From: Solirubrobacterales bacterium
GTDB taxonomy: Bacteria > Actinomycetota > Thermoleophilia > Solirubrobacterales > 70-9
Length of the DNA stretch: 64,000 nucleotides
Assembly: GCA_036266075.1 (NCBI GenBank)
Contig: DATANV010000015.1
Location: forward strand, 52,686-116,685
Reading direction: 5' to 3'
The notes below the pieces were generated by a model that worked only from the letters and a program-made list of their open reading frames with translations, searched no databases and had not been told where the DNA came from. Below are positions 7,797 to 16,423 of the stretch, in pieces. Each line of letters starts with the position of its first letter. The stretch's first letter is position 1. Position numbers and translations under genes: made by a program.

Positions 7797-8987
7797 ATGG
7801 CTGTCGGCTTCGCGCGCCGCCGATGGCGATGGCTCGTGGCAGGCGCGGCGGCGATCGCCGTCCTGATTGGCGTCGGCGGGGCCGCCGCCTGGCATTTCTC
7901 CGACGCGGTGCTGGTGCCGGACCACTCGGGCTGGCCGCCGGAAGACGTGACCGTGGAGGGGCGCGCCCCTGGCCGAATCGTGCTGTCCCGCGACGAAGCA
8001 AGCGAGCGGCCGGGTGTGTACGGGCTCGACTGGAAGGCGGGCCACGCGATCGTCGGTGCGGTGACGAAATTAGAGGAGGACACGGTCACCCGCGAGCTGC
8101 GCGACGTGGGCGGCTATCTCGTGCCGGGAATGAGGGTCGCGATCGACTCCAAGGTCTATCCCGGCGACCCACGACAAGCATTCGGCCTGCGCTTCGCCGA
8201 CGTGCGCATTCCAGACGAGCTTGGTCCGATGCCAGCGTGGCGAATTCCCGGCCGCTCCTCCACCTGGGCGATCCTCGTCCACGGGATCAACGACGATCCG
8301 CGCTGCGGCCTGCGGATCGCCCCAACGCTTCATCGCCTGGGTTTGCCAGCCCTGCTCATCACCTACCGAGAGGACCTCGGCGCGCCGGCCAGCCCCGACG
8401 GCCTCCACCACATGGGCCTGACCGAGTGGCTCGACCTGGAAGCCGCCGCCCGCTATGCGCTCGGCCACGGCGCCCGCCGACTGGTCCTGGTCGGCTACTC
8501 AATGGGCGGCGCGATAGTGGCCCAGTTCATGGAGCGCTCCTCCCTGGCGCCAAAGGTTGCCGCTCTCATCCTGGATGCCCCAGCCCTCGATTGGCAAGAG
8601 GCTCTCTCCTTCAATACCACCCGTCTCGGCTTCCCCTCCATCGCTGCCCTTCCGCTTGAGTGGGCCATAGGCGCCCGCATCGACGTCGACTGGGACAGCC
8701 TCGACGCCCTCCAGCACCCAGAGGACTTCCACCTCCCGATACTCCTCTTCCACGGCACCGAGGACAGGGTCGTCCCGATCTCCACCAGCGACGCATTCGC
8801 CAAGGAGCTGCCCCGCTGGGTCTCCTACTACCGAGTCCCCGCCGCCGGCCACGTCGAGTCCTGGAACGTCGATCCAATTCTGTACGAAAGACGACTCGCT
8901 CGCTTTCTTACGGGCTCTGCTCGAATCTCGTCCACTAAGCTCAATCTCCTTGATGGCGGCGGAGTGGGAGTTAAAGCCAGGGGCTAG
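7797..8987 (+). CDS. Membrane-anchored alpha/beta hydrolase
   Basis: N-terminal TM segment, nucleophile elbow GYSMGG, and a C-terminal HG/H motif region. The last ~25 codons run into lower-GC DNA, so the 3' end may have been remodelled by an insertion. Confidence 0.75.
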   Translation: MAVGFARRRWRWLVAGAAAIAVLIGVGGAAAWHFSDAVLVPDHSGWPPEDVTVEGRAPGRIVLSRDEASERPGVYGLDWKAGHAIVGAVTKLEEDTVTRELRDVGGYLVPGMRVAIDSKVYPGDPRQAFGLRFADVRIPDELGPMPAWRIPGRSSTWAILVHGINDDPRCGLRIAPTLHRLGLPALLITYREDLGAPASPDGLHHMGLTEWLDLEAAARYALGHGARRLVLVGYSMGGAIVAQFMERSSLAPKVAALILDAPALDWQEALSFNTTRLGFPSIAALPLEWAIGARIDVDWDSLDALQHPEDFHLPILLFHGTEDRVVPISTSDAFAKELPRWVSYYRVPAAGHVESWNVDPILYERRLARFLTGSARISSTKLNLLDGGGVGVKARG

Positions 8988-9882
8988 CGTCCGACGAACC
9001 GCTCTTCACCGGGATTTCGGAGGACGCGGGCAGGGGGGAATTGGGCCATCTCGGATGACTCCCAACGTCTTTGTCTTTTCAGATCCAACTGCCGGCCAGC
9101 GACATGGTTATTACGACGGCTGGCTTGGTGATGGTTGCTTCCACTACACCGGGGAAGGCCAGCGTGGCGATCAGGAGCTGAAGTCTGGCAATGCGGCGAT
9201 CCTGAGTCACAAGTCCGAGGGCCGCGCGCTACGGGTGTTTAAAGGGGCATGGGGAACGGTGACCTATCTCGATGAGTTTGAGGTAGATGAGATGGAACCG
9301 TTCTACCGCACTGACGCGCACGAGACGGGAAATGGCCCCCGCCGGGAGGTAATTGTCTTTCGGCTCCGGCCCAAGAACATCGAGCCGGGAGAGCCGCAAT
9401 CCAAACTTGCTGCTGTTCTCACTGGTCCGAAGAGAACCAAGGTCCCAATTGAGCGGCGGCAGACTGAGAAGGCGTATGTAGCTCCGAGCAGTGAGCCATA
9501 TGAGGCTGAAAGGCGTGAGCAGAAGCTTGTACTCGAACTCGAGGAGCACTTGTTACGACTAGACCACGAAGTCTTCCGCCAGCGAATCCTTCCCCCAGGG
9601 GAGGCCCGGCCCCTATTTACGGATCTCTATGACGCAACCATTGGGATGCTCGTCGAGGCTAAGGGTACGGTGGAGCGAAATGCAATTCGGATGGCCATTG
9701 GCCAGCTTGCAGACTACAAACGATTCGTCGGCGACGGCCAACCAAATCATCTCGCCGTCCTCCTACCGTCTGAGCCCCGGAGTGACTTGTGTGAGTTGCT
9801 GATAAGCCAGAAGATTGATCTGATTTATCGCACGGAGGCTGGCTTCGAGGACTCAACGGGAGGGGCACTCGTTGGCAAATGA
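8953..9882 (+). CDS. SRA(YDG)-like domain fused to a PD-(D/E)xK nuclease: candidate type IV methyl-directed restriction endonuclease
   Basis: N-terminus GGIGPS...VFVFSDPTAGQRHGYYDGW...FHYTGEGQRGDQELKSGNAAIL...GRALRVFKG has the SRA/YDG pattern. C-terminus ELEEHL...FTDLYD...MLVEAKG...GQLADYKRF has the E..D..ExK pattern. GC is lower than the flanks. Confidence 0.7.
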   Translation: MAAEWELKPGASVRRTALHRDFGGRGQGGIGPSRMTPNVFVFSDPTAGQRHGYYDGWLGDGCFHYTGEGQRGDQELKSGNAAILSHKSEGRALRVFKGAWGTVTYLDEFEVDEMEPFYRTDAHETGNGPRREVIVFRLRPKNIEPGEPQSKLAAVLTGPKRTKVPIERRQTEKAYVAPSSEPYEAERREQKLVLELEEHLLRLDHEVFRQRILPPGEARPLFTDLYDATIGMLVEAKGTVERNAIRMAIGQLADYKRFVGDGQPNHLAVLLPSEPRSDLCELLISQKIDLIYRTEAGFEDSTGGALVGK

Positions 9883-9911
9883 TGGGCGCGGCTGGGTTCG
9901 AACCAGCGACC
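9880..9911. repeat. 32-bp direct repeat: duplicated 3' end of tRNA-Val (att-like)
   Basis: TGATGGGCGCGGCTGGGTTCGAACCAGCGACC is identical to 10842-10873. Confidence 0.9.
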
Positions 9912-9936
9912 ACGCATCCGCTGCTACCCTTTACCT

Positions 9937-10176
9937 ATGGCAGAGAAGGTAAAGAATCAGACCAGGGTGTCCAGCAAGCATCAGGTGACGATCCCGGCTG
10001 GTGCCTTCCGCACCGCGGGTTTCGAGCCCGGCGACACCCTGAAGGTCGAGGCCGAGGGAGCTGGTCGTGTTGTCCTGACGCGTATCGATGAGCTGATCGA
10101 TCGCTACTCCGGATGCCTGGACACCGGCGGCCATCTGGGCAGGCAGGTGGAAGGACTGCGCGAGGAGTGGCGGTAG
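9937..10176 (+). CDS. vapB: AbrB/SpoVT-family antitoxin (VapB-like)
   Basis: SSKHQVTIPAGAFRTAGFEPGDTLKVEAEGAGRVVL is a swapped-hairpin motif. Overlaps the downstream PIN gene. Confidence 0.8.
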   Translation: MAEKVKNQTRVSSKHQVTIPAGAFRTAGFEPGDTLKVEAEGAGRVVLTRIDELIDRYSGCLDTGGHLGRQVEGLREEWR

Positions 10177-10571
10177 TTCTCGACTCCGATGCGGCCGTGG
10201 GCTTCCTCGATCGCAAGGACACCCTCCACGATGCAGCGGACACGGCGATCCGCGACCTCATCCGCGATCAGCGACTCCTGGTTTCGGTCGTTACCTACGC
10301 CGAGGTTCTAACCGGCGCACGGCTAGGCCACCACGATGTGGACCAGGTCAGGGGGTTCTTTTCCGGGTTGATCTCGGAGGTGCTTTCCGTCGATGTGGCC
10401 GTGGCGGACATGGCGTCCGAGCTTCGCTCTCGGCGCAAGTCCCTGCAAATGCCGGATGCGTTGATCCTTGCGACGGCCGAGATCCACCCGGAGATCGATC
10501 TAATCGTGACCGGGGATATGCAGGTGGCGAAAGTCTCCGGTCTCAGCTGCAAGGTCCACTTGCTGCACTGA
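10167..10571 (+). CDS. vapC: PIN-domain toxin (VapC-like)
   Basis: The GTG at 10167 gives VAVVLDSDAAVGFL...YAEVL...MPDALILATAE...IVTGD. Acidic PIN residues are in the expected order. Confidence 0.8.
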   Translation: MAVVLDSDAAVGFLDRKDTLHDAADTAIRDLIRDQRLLVSVVTYAEVLTGARLGHHDVDQVRGFFSGLISEVLSVDVAVADMASELRSRRKSLQMPDALILATAEIHPEIDLIVTGDMQVAKVSGLSCKVHLLH

Positions 10572-10841
10572 GAAGAGGGTGGCGACTGCGCCGGGAGATC
10601 AACAGATCTCCCCTCCTGTCTACATCTGCAACTGGCGCTCAGAGAACAGGTTGAGATCTAGGATCGCGCGGCGAATTGATCGATAGTCGTCTACGGGAAC
10701 CTCGACCCACTGTCCGAACCGCTGTTGGCACTGACTCCTCCGGTTCGGAGGAGTCGTGAGGTTCCTACGGTTGAGCTGCAGAGCCACGTTCTCGACGGGT
10801 TTAGAACCACCGCCCGGATTTTGGCTCTACACCGGGAAGTC

Positions 10842-10873
10842 TGATGGGCGCGGCTGGGTTCGAACCAGCGACC
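10842..10873. repeat. 32-bp direct repeat (partner of 9880-9911), overlapping the tRNA-Val 3' half
   Basis: Exact match to 9880-9911. Confidence 0.9.
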
Positions 10874-10916
10874 TCTCGCGTGTGAGGCGAGCGCTCTCCC
10901 ACTGAGCTACGCGCCC
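10845..10916 (-). tRNA. tRNA-Val (anticodon CAC)
   Basis: The reverse complement folds as a cloverleaf: GGGCGCG-TA-GCTC-AGTGGGA-GAGC-G-CTCGC-CTCACAC-GCGAG-AGGTC-GCTGG-TTCGAAC-CCAGC-CGCGCCC-A. CCA is not encoded. Confidence 0.92.
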
Positions 10917-11124
10917 GGGAGGAGCGGATATTACGGGCCCGGGTGGGGCGCGGAGGCTGGGGTGGAGGGGTCTGACCCGTAGCCGCTGATGGGCAGTTCC
11001 GGAACGGCTGGGGTTTGCGCAATGGACCGCTGATCTAGAGCGAGTGGGGATATCCGTCCAAGCTGGCGCAGTGCGCGGGTCGAGCGGGGGAAGGTTCGTT
11101 GACCGAGCGCACGAGAGGAGCTTC

Positions 11125-12192
11125 ATGGGAGTGAACGGAACTCGATTGGCCACGACGGTTGTCCTGGTTGTCGGGGGCGCGGCCGTTTTCGTCCCGGGTG
11201 GCATGGCCTGGGCGGCGACCGCGACCTATCCGGCTGGGGGTAGCGGCTTCCAGGAAGACGCGGAAGGATGGAGCGTCGGCGGAGCGTCCTGCACCCCGGC
11301 CGAATTGCTCTGCTCATCTGCAGGCGTCTACGACATGACGGCTGGTAACCCGCCGGGGTCGATCGCCGCCAACACGACGGCGACGGTCAACCTCGTCGCT
11401 CTCTTCAAAGGAGCCGTCTCCTGGGTCTCGCCGCAGTTCACGATTCCCGTCGAGGCGATCACCGGGGCGGAACTGCACCTCGAACGCGCCTTCGATCCCG
11501 GCGGCCTGATCGACGTCGAACCGGTTGCCACCTACGACGTCGTGCTGGAAGACATCACCGCCGGCAGCTCGACCACCGCGCTGAGTGGCGAAGCAGACGA
11601 AGGGGACGAAGCCTTCGCGGGGAACGGCGCTCCCGTTGCGGTTGTGGCCGGCCACAACTACCGGCTGGCGATCGAATCGACGACGGTGCAGAGCACGCTG
11701 TCGCTCACGCCGCTGGGCGGCACCACCAGCCTCCGCTTCGACAACGTCGGGCTGAGCGTACAGTCGTCCGAACCCGCCTCGGGTGGAGGTGGAGGGGGCG
11801 GCGACGGAGGGAACGGCGATGGCACGAGCGCCGCTGCAGGGTCCGCGGGCACGCTGAGCTCAGAGGAGCTGCTGGCGTCCGTACGGCGCGAGGATCAAGC
11901 CTTGGCCGAGCTTCGCGCCCGCCGGGTCTTCGTCCGGGTCGGGTGTCCGCACCGTGCCCGGCGGTCGTGCCGGATCACCGTGCAAGGGGCGATCCGCAAG
12001 CACGTCCGGGTCACCCGGCGCACGACGGTCAAGGTCGCCAGCGGGAAGCGGCGTTTGGTCGGGCTCTGGGTCAAACCGCGCTTCCGCGACAAGGTTGCTG
12101 TCCGCAGACGCCTGCTGATCGTGCAGAAGGTCCGCGTCGGAAGCGTGACCGCTAGATTCGCCCGCAGCCGCGCGCTGGTGCGGCGCGGCTGA
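11125..12192 (+). CDS. Secreted hypothetical protein with basic beta-rich C-terminal module
   Basis: RBS GAGAGGAG lies before the ATG at 11125. Signal peptide ...GGMAWAATA. Contains a Gly-rich linker and an Arg/Lys-rich C-terminal ~95 aa. Confidence 0.7.
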   Translation: MGVNGTRLATTVVLVVGGAAVFVPGGMAWAATATYPAGGSGFQEDAEGWSVGGASCTPAELLCSSAGVYDMTAGNPPGSIAANTTATVNLVALFKGAVSWVSPQFTIPVEAITGAELHLERAFDPGGLIDVEPVATYDVVLEDITAGSSTTALSGEADEGDEAFAGNGAPVAVVAGHNYRLAIESTTVQSTLSLTPLGGTTSLRFDNVGLSVQSSEPASGGGGGGGDGGNGDGTSAAAGSAGTLSSEELLASVRREDQALAELRARRVFVRVGCPHRARRSCRITVQGAIRKHVRVTRRTTVKVASGKRRLVGLWVKPRFRDKVAVRRRLLIVQKVRVGSVTARFARSRALVRRG

Positions 12193-12205
12193 AGCTCACC
12201 GGAGG

Positions 12206-13432
12206 CTAAACCGGGGCTTCGGCCTCGGCGGGGATCGGCCCGTCGCTCGGCGAGTCGGTTTCGCCCGCCGCGATCGCCCGCTCCTGGAAGGCGCGGCCGA
12301 CGAAGGGGAAGACGAGGGTCGAAAGCATCGCCGCGCCGACCAGGCCCGCGGCGGTGGAGCTCTTCATGTGGCCGGTTTCGGTCGCGATCGTCGTGATCGC
12401 GACCACCAGCGGCAGCTCGGTCGACGAGTAGAAGGCCAATGCCGCCCGCTGCCGTGCGCCCAGCACGCTGCGGTAGAGCAGCATCGCTGGAGTCCCACGC
12501 ACCACCAGGAAGAGGACGAAGAACATCGCCAGCTTTGCCAGCGCTGCAGCCGAGCCGAGTGCGCCGAGGTCGAAGTCGATGCCGCTGGTGACGAAGAAGA
12601 ACGGCACGAAGAAGCCGAAGCCAACCGCGGTCAGCTTTGACTCGAAGACCGCCAACTCGTGCCCTTTCAGCGACAGCCTTACGATCATCCCGGCGACGAA
12701 GCCGCCCAGCAGGACGTCGAGGCCGAGCTTGCCGGCGAGCAGCACCAGGCCGAAGACGAGCACTACGGTCACCCGCACCGCCAGCTGGCTGCTCGCCTCG
12801 AAGGTCCGCTCCAGCGCCGGCCAGCCGCGCCAGGCGAGCCGCACCGAGACCAGCGCCACCGCCAGCGCCAGGGCGACGAAGGCGACCAGGATCGCCGCCT
12901 CGTGCAGCGGGTTGGCGGTCGAGAGCACCAGCGTCACCAACAGGATTGGACCGAACTCGCCGATCCCGCCCGCCGCCAGCAGGTAGGTGCCGAAGCGGGT
13001 CTTCAGCTCGCCGCCGTCGCGCAGGATCGGGATCAGCGTGCCGATTGCGGTGGTCGCCATCGCCGAGCCGGTGTAGAGGAAGGAGAGCACGATCCCGGCG
13101 GCTGCCAGAGCACCGCCGATTCCATAAGCGAGCGCTACTGAGAGCCCCCAACCGAGCGCGCCCAACTGCAGCGGTCGCCCCTTGATCCGCTCGAAGTCGA
13201 TCTCGTGGCCGGCGAAGAAGAAGAGCATTCCGAGGCCGAGGTTGGAGAAGAATTCGATGAAGCTGTCGGTCTCGGCGAGGTCGAGGACCTGCGGGCCGAC
13301 GAGGATCCCCAGCAGCAGCTCGACGACGACCACCGGTGGTACGAAGCGGCCCGGCACGGTGGCGACGGTTACGGCCGCGACCGCCGAGGCGAGGACGATG
13401 ACGAAGAAGGAGTCGGTGTCGACCTGGATCAC
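12206..13432 (-). CDS. Cation:proton antiporter (CPA2/Kef-type)
   Basis: A ~12-TM Na+/H+ exchanger-family profile (GILVGPQVL...FFFAGHEIDF). Confidence 0.82.
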   Translation of the reverse strand: MIQVDTDSFFVIVLASAVAAVTVATVPGRFVPPVVVVELLLGILVGPQVLDLAETDSFIEFFSNLGLGMLFFFAGHEIDFERIKGRPLQLGALGWGLSVALAYGIGGALAAAGIVLSFLYTGSAMATTAIGTLIPILRDGGELKTRFGTYLLAAGGIGEFGPILLVTLVLSTANPLHEAAILVAFVALALAVALVSVRLAWRGWPALERTFEASSQLAVRVTVVLVFGLVLLAGKLGLDVLLGGFVAGMIVRLSLKGHELAVFESKLTAVGFGFFVPFFFVTSGIDFDLGALGSAAALAKLAMFFVLFLVVRGTPAMLLYRSVLGARQRAALAFYSSTELPLVVAITTIATETGHMKSSTAAGLVGAAMLSTLVFPFVGRAFQERAIAAGETDSPSDGPIPAEAEAPV

Positions 13433-13483
13433 GCTGGCGATCCTATGCCGGGCACCGGGGCGCGCCCCCCGTGGGGCAGGTAG

Positions 13484-13772
13484 GATCGAGAGCGGACCGT
13501 GCTAGGCGGGGAATCAGCGGTGCCCTGTAACCCGCAATCCGCTCTAGCGGGGCCGAAAGCCGTTCTGAGGGGCTGGCCGTCGGGGTCGGTCCGCCGCAGG
13601 AGGCGTTGACGGCCGGGTCCTGCGCGACGTGGGCACGCGAACCAGGTCAGATCCGGAAGGAAGCAGCCTTAAGCGGAAGCCGCGGGTGCCGCAGGCGAGC
13701 CCGACCCGAGCCAAGCGCGGCGGATACGCCCGGGGACCACGTTTCGAAGGCGGTCGCACGGTCCATTTCATC
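13484..13772 (+). ncRNA. ffs: Signal recognition particle RNA, large Bacillus-type (with Alu domain)
   Basis: Domain IV core CCAGGTCAGATCCGGAAGGAAGCAGCC lies at about 13641-13667. The 5' segment GGACCGTGCTAGGCGGGGAATCAGCGGTGCCCTGTAACCCGCAATCCGCTCTAGCGGGGCCGAA resembles the B. subtilis scRNA Alu domain. The terminal helix is GGACCGTGC (13494) / GCACGGTCC (13756-13764). Confidence 0.8.
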
Positions 13773-13878
13773 CCAGGCCGCCGCCCGAGCCGATTGCGCG
13801 GATGCTGCCCCAGAGGGCCACGACGACGACGATCGGGGCGCCGATCAGCCGGAACCCGCCGTATAGGCCTGTCGGTGC

Positions 13879-14667
13879 TTAGTCGATCAACCGCGCCTGC
13901 ATGCGGTCGATCGCGATTCGCCACAAGACCAGTGCGAAGGCGACCAGGCCGGCGAAGCGGACGAGGTCGACTGGGTCGAAGCCAAAGGCACCCCCGCGCA
14001 CCAGTTCGACCAGCTGGTGCAGGGGGTTGAGCTCAGCGACGATCCGCACCCCCTCGGGCAGTTCGTCGATCGGGAAGAAGGCGCCGGAGACGAGGAAGAG
14101 CGGCGTGACGAAGAGCGCGGTGACGTAGTTGAACTGGTCGATCTTGGCGACGATCGCCGCCATCGCGATGCCGAAGCCGGCGAAGCCGAGTGCGGTGAAG
14201 AAGCAGAAGAGCGGCACCAGCAGCATGCCCGGCGCCGGGTCGAGGCCGAAGCCGATCGTCACCAGCAAGGGGAAGCAGCCATAGACGCTGGCCCGGGCGG
14301 CGATCCAGAGCATCTCGGCGCTGACCAGCTCTTCGACGTCGATCGGCGCGGCGAGCAGCGCGTCGTAGGTGTTCTGGAAGCGGTGCTTGACGAAGGTGCC
14401 GAACATCGCCGGCAGAGCGCTGGAGAAGATCACCGCCGTCGCCACCATGCCGGTGCCGACGAACTCGACGTAGGGCGTGCCGTTGACTTCGTCGACCAGG
14501 GTCGCGGAGAAGCCGAGGCCGAAGGCGAGCAGGTAGACGATCGGTTCCAGCACGCTGGAGAAAGTCGTGCCCTTCCAGTAGGTGCGGAAGTTGGCGACCT
14601 CGCGGCTGATCACCGCGCCGATTGCCGCCGGTTCGAGCCGCCCCAGCCGCTGTCGGCCGGCGCTCAT
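13879..14667 (-). CDS. ABC-2 type transporter permease (DrrB/NodJ-like)
   Basis: ATG at 14667 preceded by GGGAGG. Six-TM ABC-2 profile. The upstream part of the 572-aa ORF is out-of-frame junk over the ATPase gene. Confidence 0.8.
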   Translation of the reverse strand: MSAGRQRLGRLEPAAIGAVISREVANFRTYWKGTTFSSVLEPIVYLLAFGLGFSATLVDEVNGTPYVEFVGTGMVATAVIFSSALPAMFGTFVKHRFQNTYDALLAAPIDVEELVSAEMLWIAARASVYGCFPLLVTIGFGLDPAPGMLLVPLFCFFTALGFAGFGIAMAAIVAKIDQFNYVTALFVTPLFLVSGAFFPIDELPEGVRIVAELNPLHQLVELVRGGAFGFDPVDLVRFAGLVAFALVLWRIAIDRMQARLID

Positions 14668-14690
14668 AGGAGAACCTCCCCCTTGTTCTC

Positions 14691-15581
14691 TCATTCGGCC
14701 TCCTCGCCGGTCAGCAGGACGAAGACGTCCTCGAGCGATGCGGCACGCCGCACCGCGTCTTCGGGGATACTGCCGTCGCCGGCCCGCTCGGAGCCGACGA
14801 TCGCGATCGCCGGACCGGCCGGTCGTACCCGCAGCCCGACCGCCTCGGCGCTGAGCCGCACCTCGGCCAGCCGTTCGGGCGGCGCGTAGACCTCGACCGT
14901 CTCGCGCCCGGCGTGCTCGGCGATCAGCTCGGCCGGCCGGCCGCGGCTGATGATCCTGCCGCCGGCCATCACCGCGACTTCGTCGGCAAGGCGCTCGGCC
15001 TCCTCGATGTAGTGGGTCGACATCAGGATCGTCGTGCCGCGCGAGCGCAGGTCGTCGATCAGCGACCAGAGCTGGGTACGAATCTGCGGGTCGAGGCCGA
15101 CCGTCGGCTCGTCGAGCAGCACCAGCTTCGGCTCGTGGACGAGGCCGCGGGCGAGCAGCAGGCGGCGGCGCATCCCGCCGGAAAGCTCGTCGACCGCGTC
15201 GCGGCGGCGGTCGCGCAGCCGCGCCAGGTCGAGGGCCTTGTCGACCGCGGCGCCGACGTCCGGCACCCGGTAGAGGCGGGCGAAGACGGCGAGGTTGTCT
15301 TCGACGGTGACGTCGACGTCGAGGTTGTCGAGCTGGGGGACGACGCCCATCTCGGCCCGCGCCGCCTTCGAGTCGCCGGGCAGCTCGTGGCCCAGCGCGC
15401 GCAGCTCGCCCTCGTCGGGCAGGGCCTGGCCGGTCAGCAGGCGCATCGTCGTCGACTTGCCAGCTCCGTTGGGCCCGAGCAGGCCGAGGCAGATGCCCTC
15501 CGGCACGTCGAGGTCGAGACCGTCGACAGCCGTGATCGGGCCGAAGCGCTTGACCACGCCACGCAGTTCGATCGCCGCCAT
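14691..15581 (-). CDS. ABC transporter ATP-binding protein (DrrA/NodI-like)
   Basis: Walker A GPNGAGKST, signature LSGGMRRR and Walker B LVLLDEP. Confidence 0.9.
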   Translation of the reverse strand: MAAIELRGVVKRFGPITAVDGLDLDVPEGICLGLLGPNGAGKSTTMRLLTGQALPDEGELRALGHELPGDSKAARAEMGVVPQLDNLDVDVTVEDNLAVFARLYRVPDVGAAVDKALDLARLRDRRRDAVDELSGGMRRRLLLARGLVHEPKLVLLDEPTVGLDPQIRTQLWSLIDDLRSRGTTILMSTHYIEEAERLADEVAVMAGGRIISRGRPAELIAEHAGRETVEVYAPPERLAEVRLSAEAVGLRVRPAGPAIAIVGSERAGDGSIPEDAVRRAASLEDVFVLLTGEEAE

Positions 15582-15640
15582 GTCCCGATGCTTGCACGCC
15601 GCACCTCCCCGCCGCGGGCAGCGGTGCGAGACTGCGCGCC

Positions 15641-16423
15641 GTGCTGGACGAGCGCTGGATCCGGTCGCTTCACGTGGAGGCGCTGCGTGAGCGCGAACTC
15701 CACGCCGAGCGCGATCCTCACGTCCTCTTTCAGGCCTCGACGATAGGCGCCCTGATCGAGGGCGCCTACGAGGGCGACCTCAGCTTTGCCGAGCTGGCCG
15801 AGCACGGCGACCTCGGGCTCGGCACGCTGAACGGACTCGACGGCGAGATGATCGCCGTCGACGGCCGCTTCTTCCGTGCCGACGTCGACGGAGCCGTCAG
15901 CCCGATCCCCCCGCAGTCACGCACGCCCTTTGCCGTCGTGACGCGCTTTGCGCCGCAGGTCGAAGCGGAGCTGGAGGGACCGCTCGACCACGACGAGCTG
16001 CTGACGTCGCTAGACGAGCTGCTCCCTGCGGATGCCGCCTCCTGCGCGATCCGCCTCGATGGCCGCTTCGAGCTGGTCCGCGCGCGCTCGGTGCCGCGCC
16101 AGCACCCGCCCTACCGGCCGCTGACCGAGGTCGTCGCCGAGCAGCACGTCTTCGAGCTGCGGGGCGTCGCCGGCACGATGCTCGGCTTTCGCTTTCCCGG
16201 CTACGTCGAAGGGATCGAGGTCAGCGGCTACCACCTGCACTTCATCGACGAGAGCCGTAAGCGCGGCGGCCACGTTCTCGGCTCGCGCTCGGCGGGCCTG
16301 CGCGCACGCCTCGACCCGTCGAGCGAGCTGCGCGTCGAGCTGCCGCCCGGCGTCGACCTCGCCGATCCCGGCCTTGCCGCCGCCACTCATGCTGCGGTCG
16401 AGCGGGTCGAGCGCGACCGCTGA
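15641..16423 (+). CDS. budA: Alpha-acetolactate decarboxylase
   Basis: STIGALIEGAYEGDLSFAELAEHGDLGLGTLNGLDGEMIAVDGRFF and GYHLHFIDE are typical of the family. Confidence 0.82.
   Translation: MLDERWIRSLHVEALRERELHAERDPHVLFQASTIGALIEGAYEGDLSFAELAEHGDLGLGTLNGLDGEMIAVDGRFFRADVDGAVSPIPPQSRTPFAVVTRFAPQVEAELEGPLDHDELLTSLDELLPADAASCAIRLDGRFELVRARSVPRQHPPYRPLTEVVAEQHVFELRGVAGTMLGFRFPGYVEGIEVSGYHLHFIDESRKRGGHVLGSRSAGLRARLDPSSELRVELPPGVDLADPGLAAATHAAVERVERDR

Larger units (their letters stand above)
9880..10873. mobile_element. Remnant integrated islet at tRNA-Val, bounded by 32-bp direct repeats (cargo vapBC, no integrase)
   Basis: Identical repeats at 9880-9911 and 10842-10873. The second overlaps the 3' half of tRNA-Val. 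The interior is lower in GC. Confidence 0.7.

Noticed and set aside
8948-8968. Possible third, degenerate copy of the tRNA-Val att repeat (TTGATGGCGGCGGAGTGGGAG) at the left edge of the SRA-nuclease gene. It would make the nuclease a second tandem islet.
   Set aside because: Only about 12 of 19 positions match, and the sequence is GC-rich and low-complexity. That is too weak to call without comparing against an empty site.
13544-14030. Three overlapping ORFs (13544-13924 minus, 13606-13866 plus, 13629-14030 plus) in the gap between the antiporter and the ABC-2 permease.
   Set aside because: The region is explained by a large SRP RNA. It has the conserved domain IV core, an Alu-like 5' domain and a closing helix. 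The translations are low-complexity and Arg-rich.
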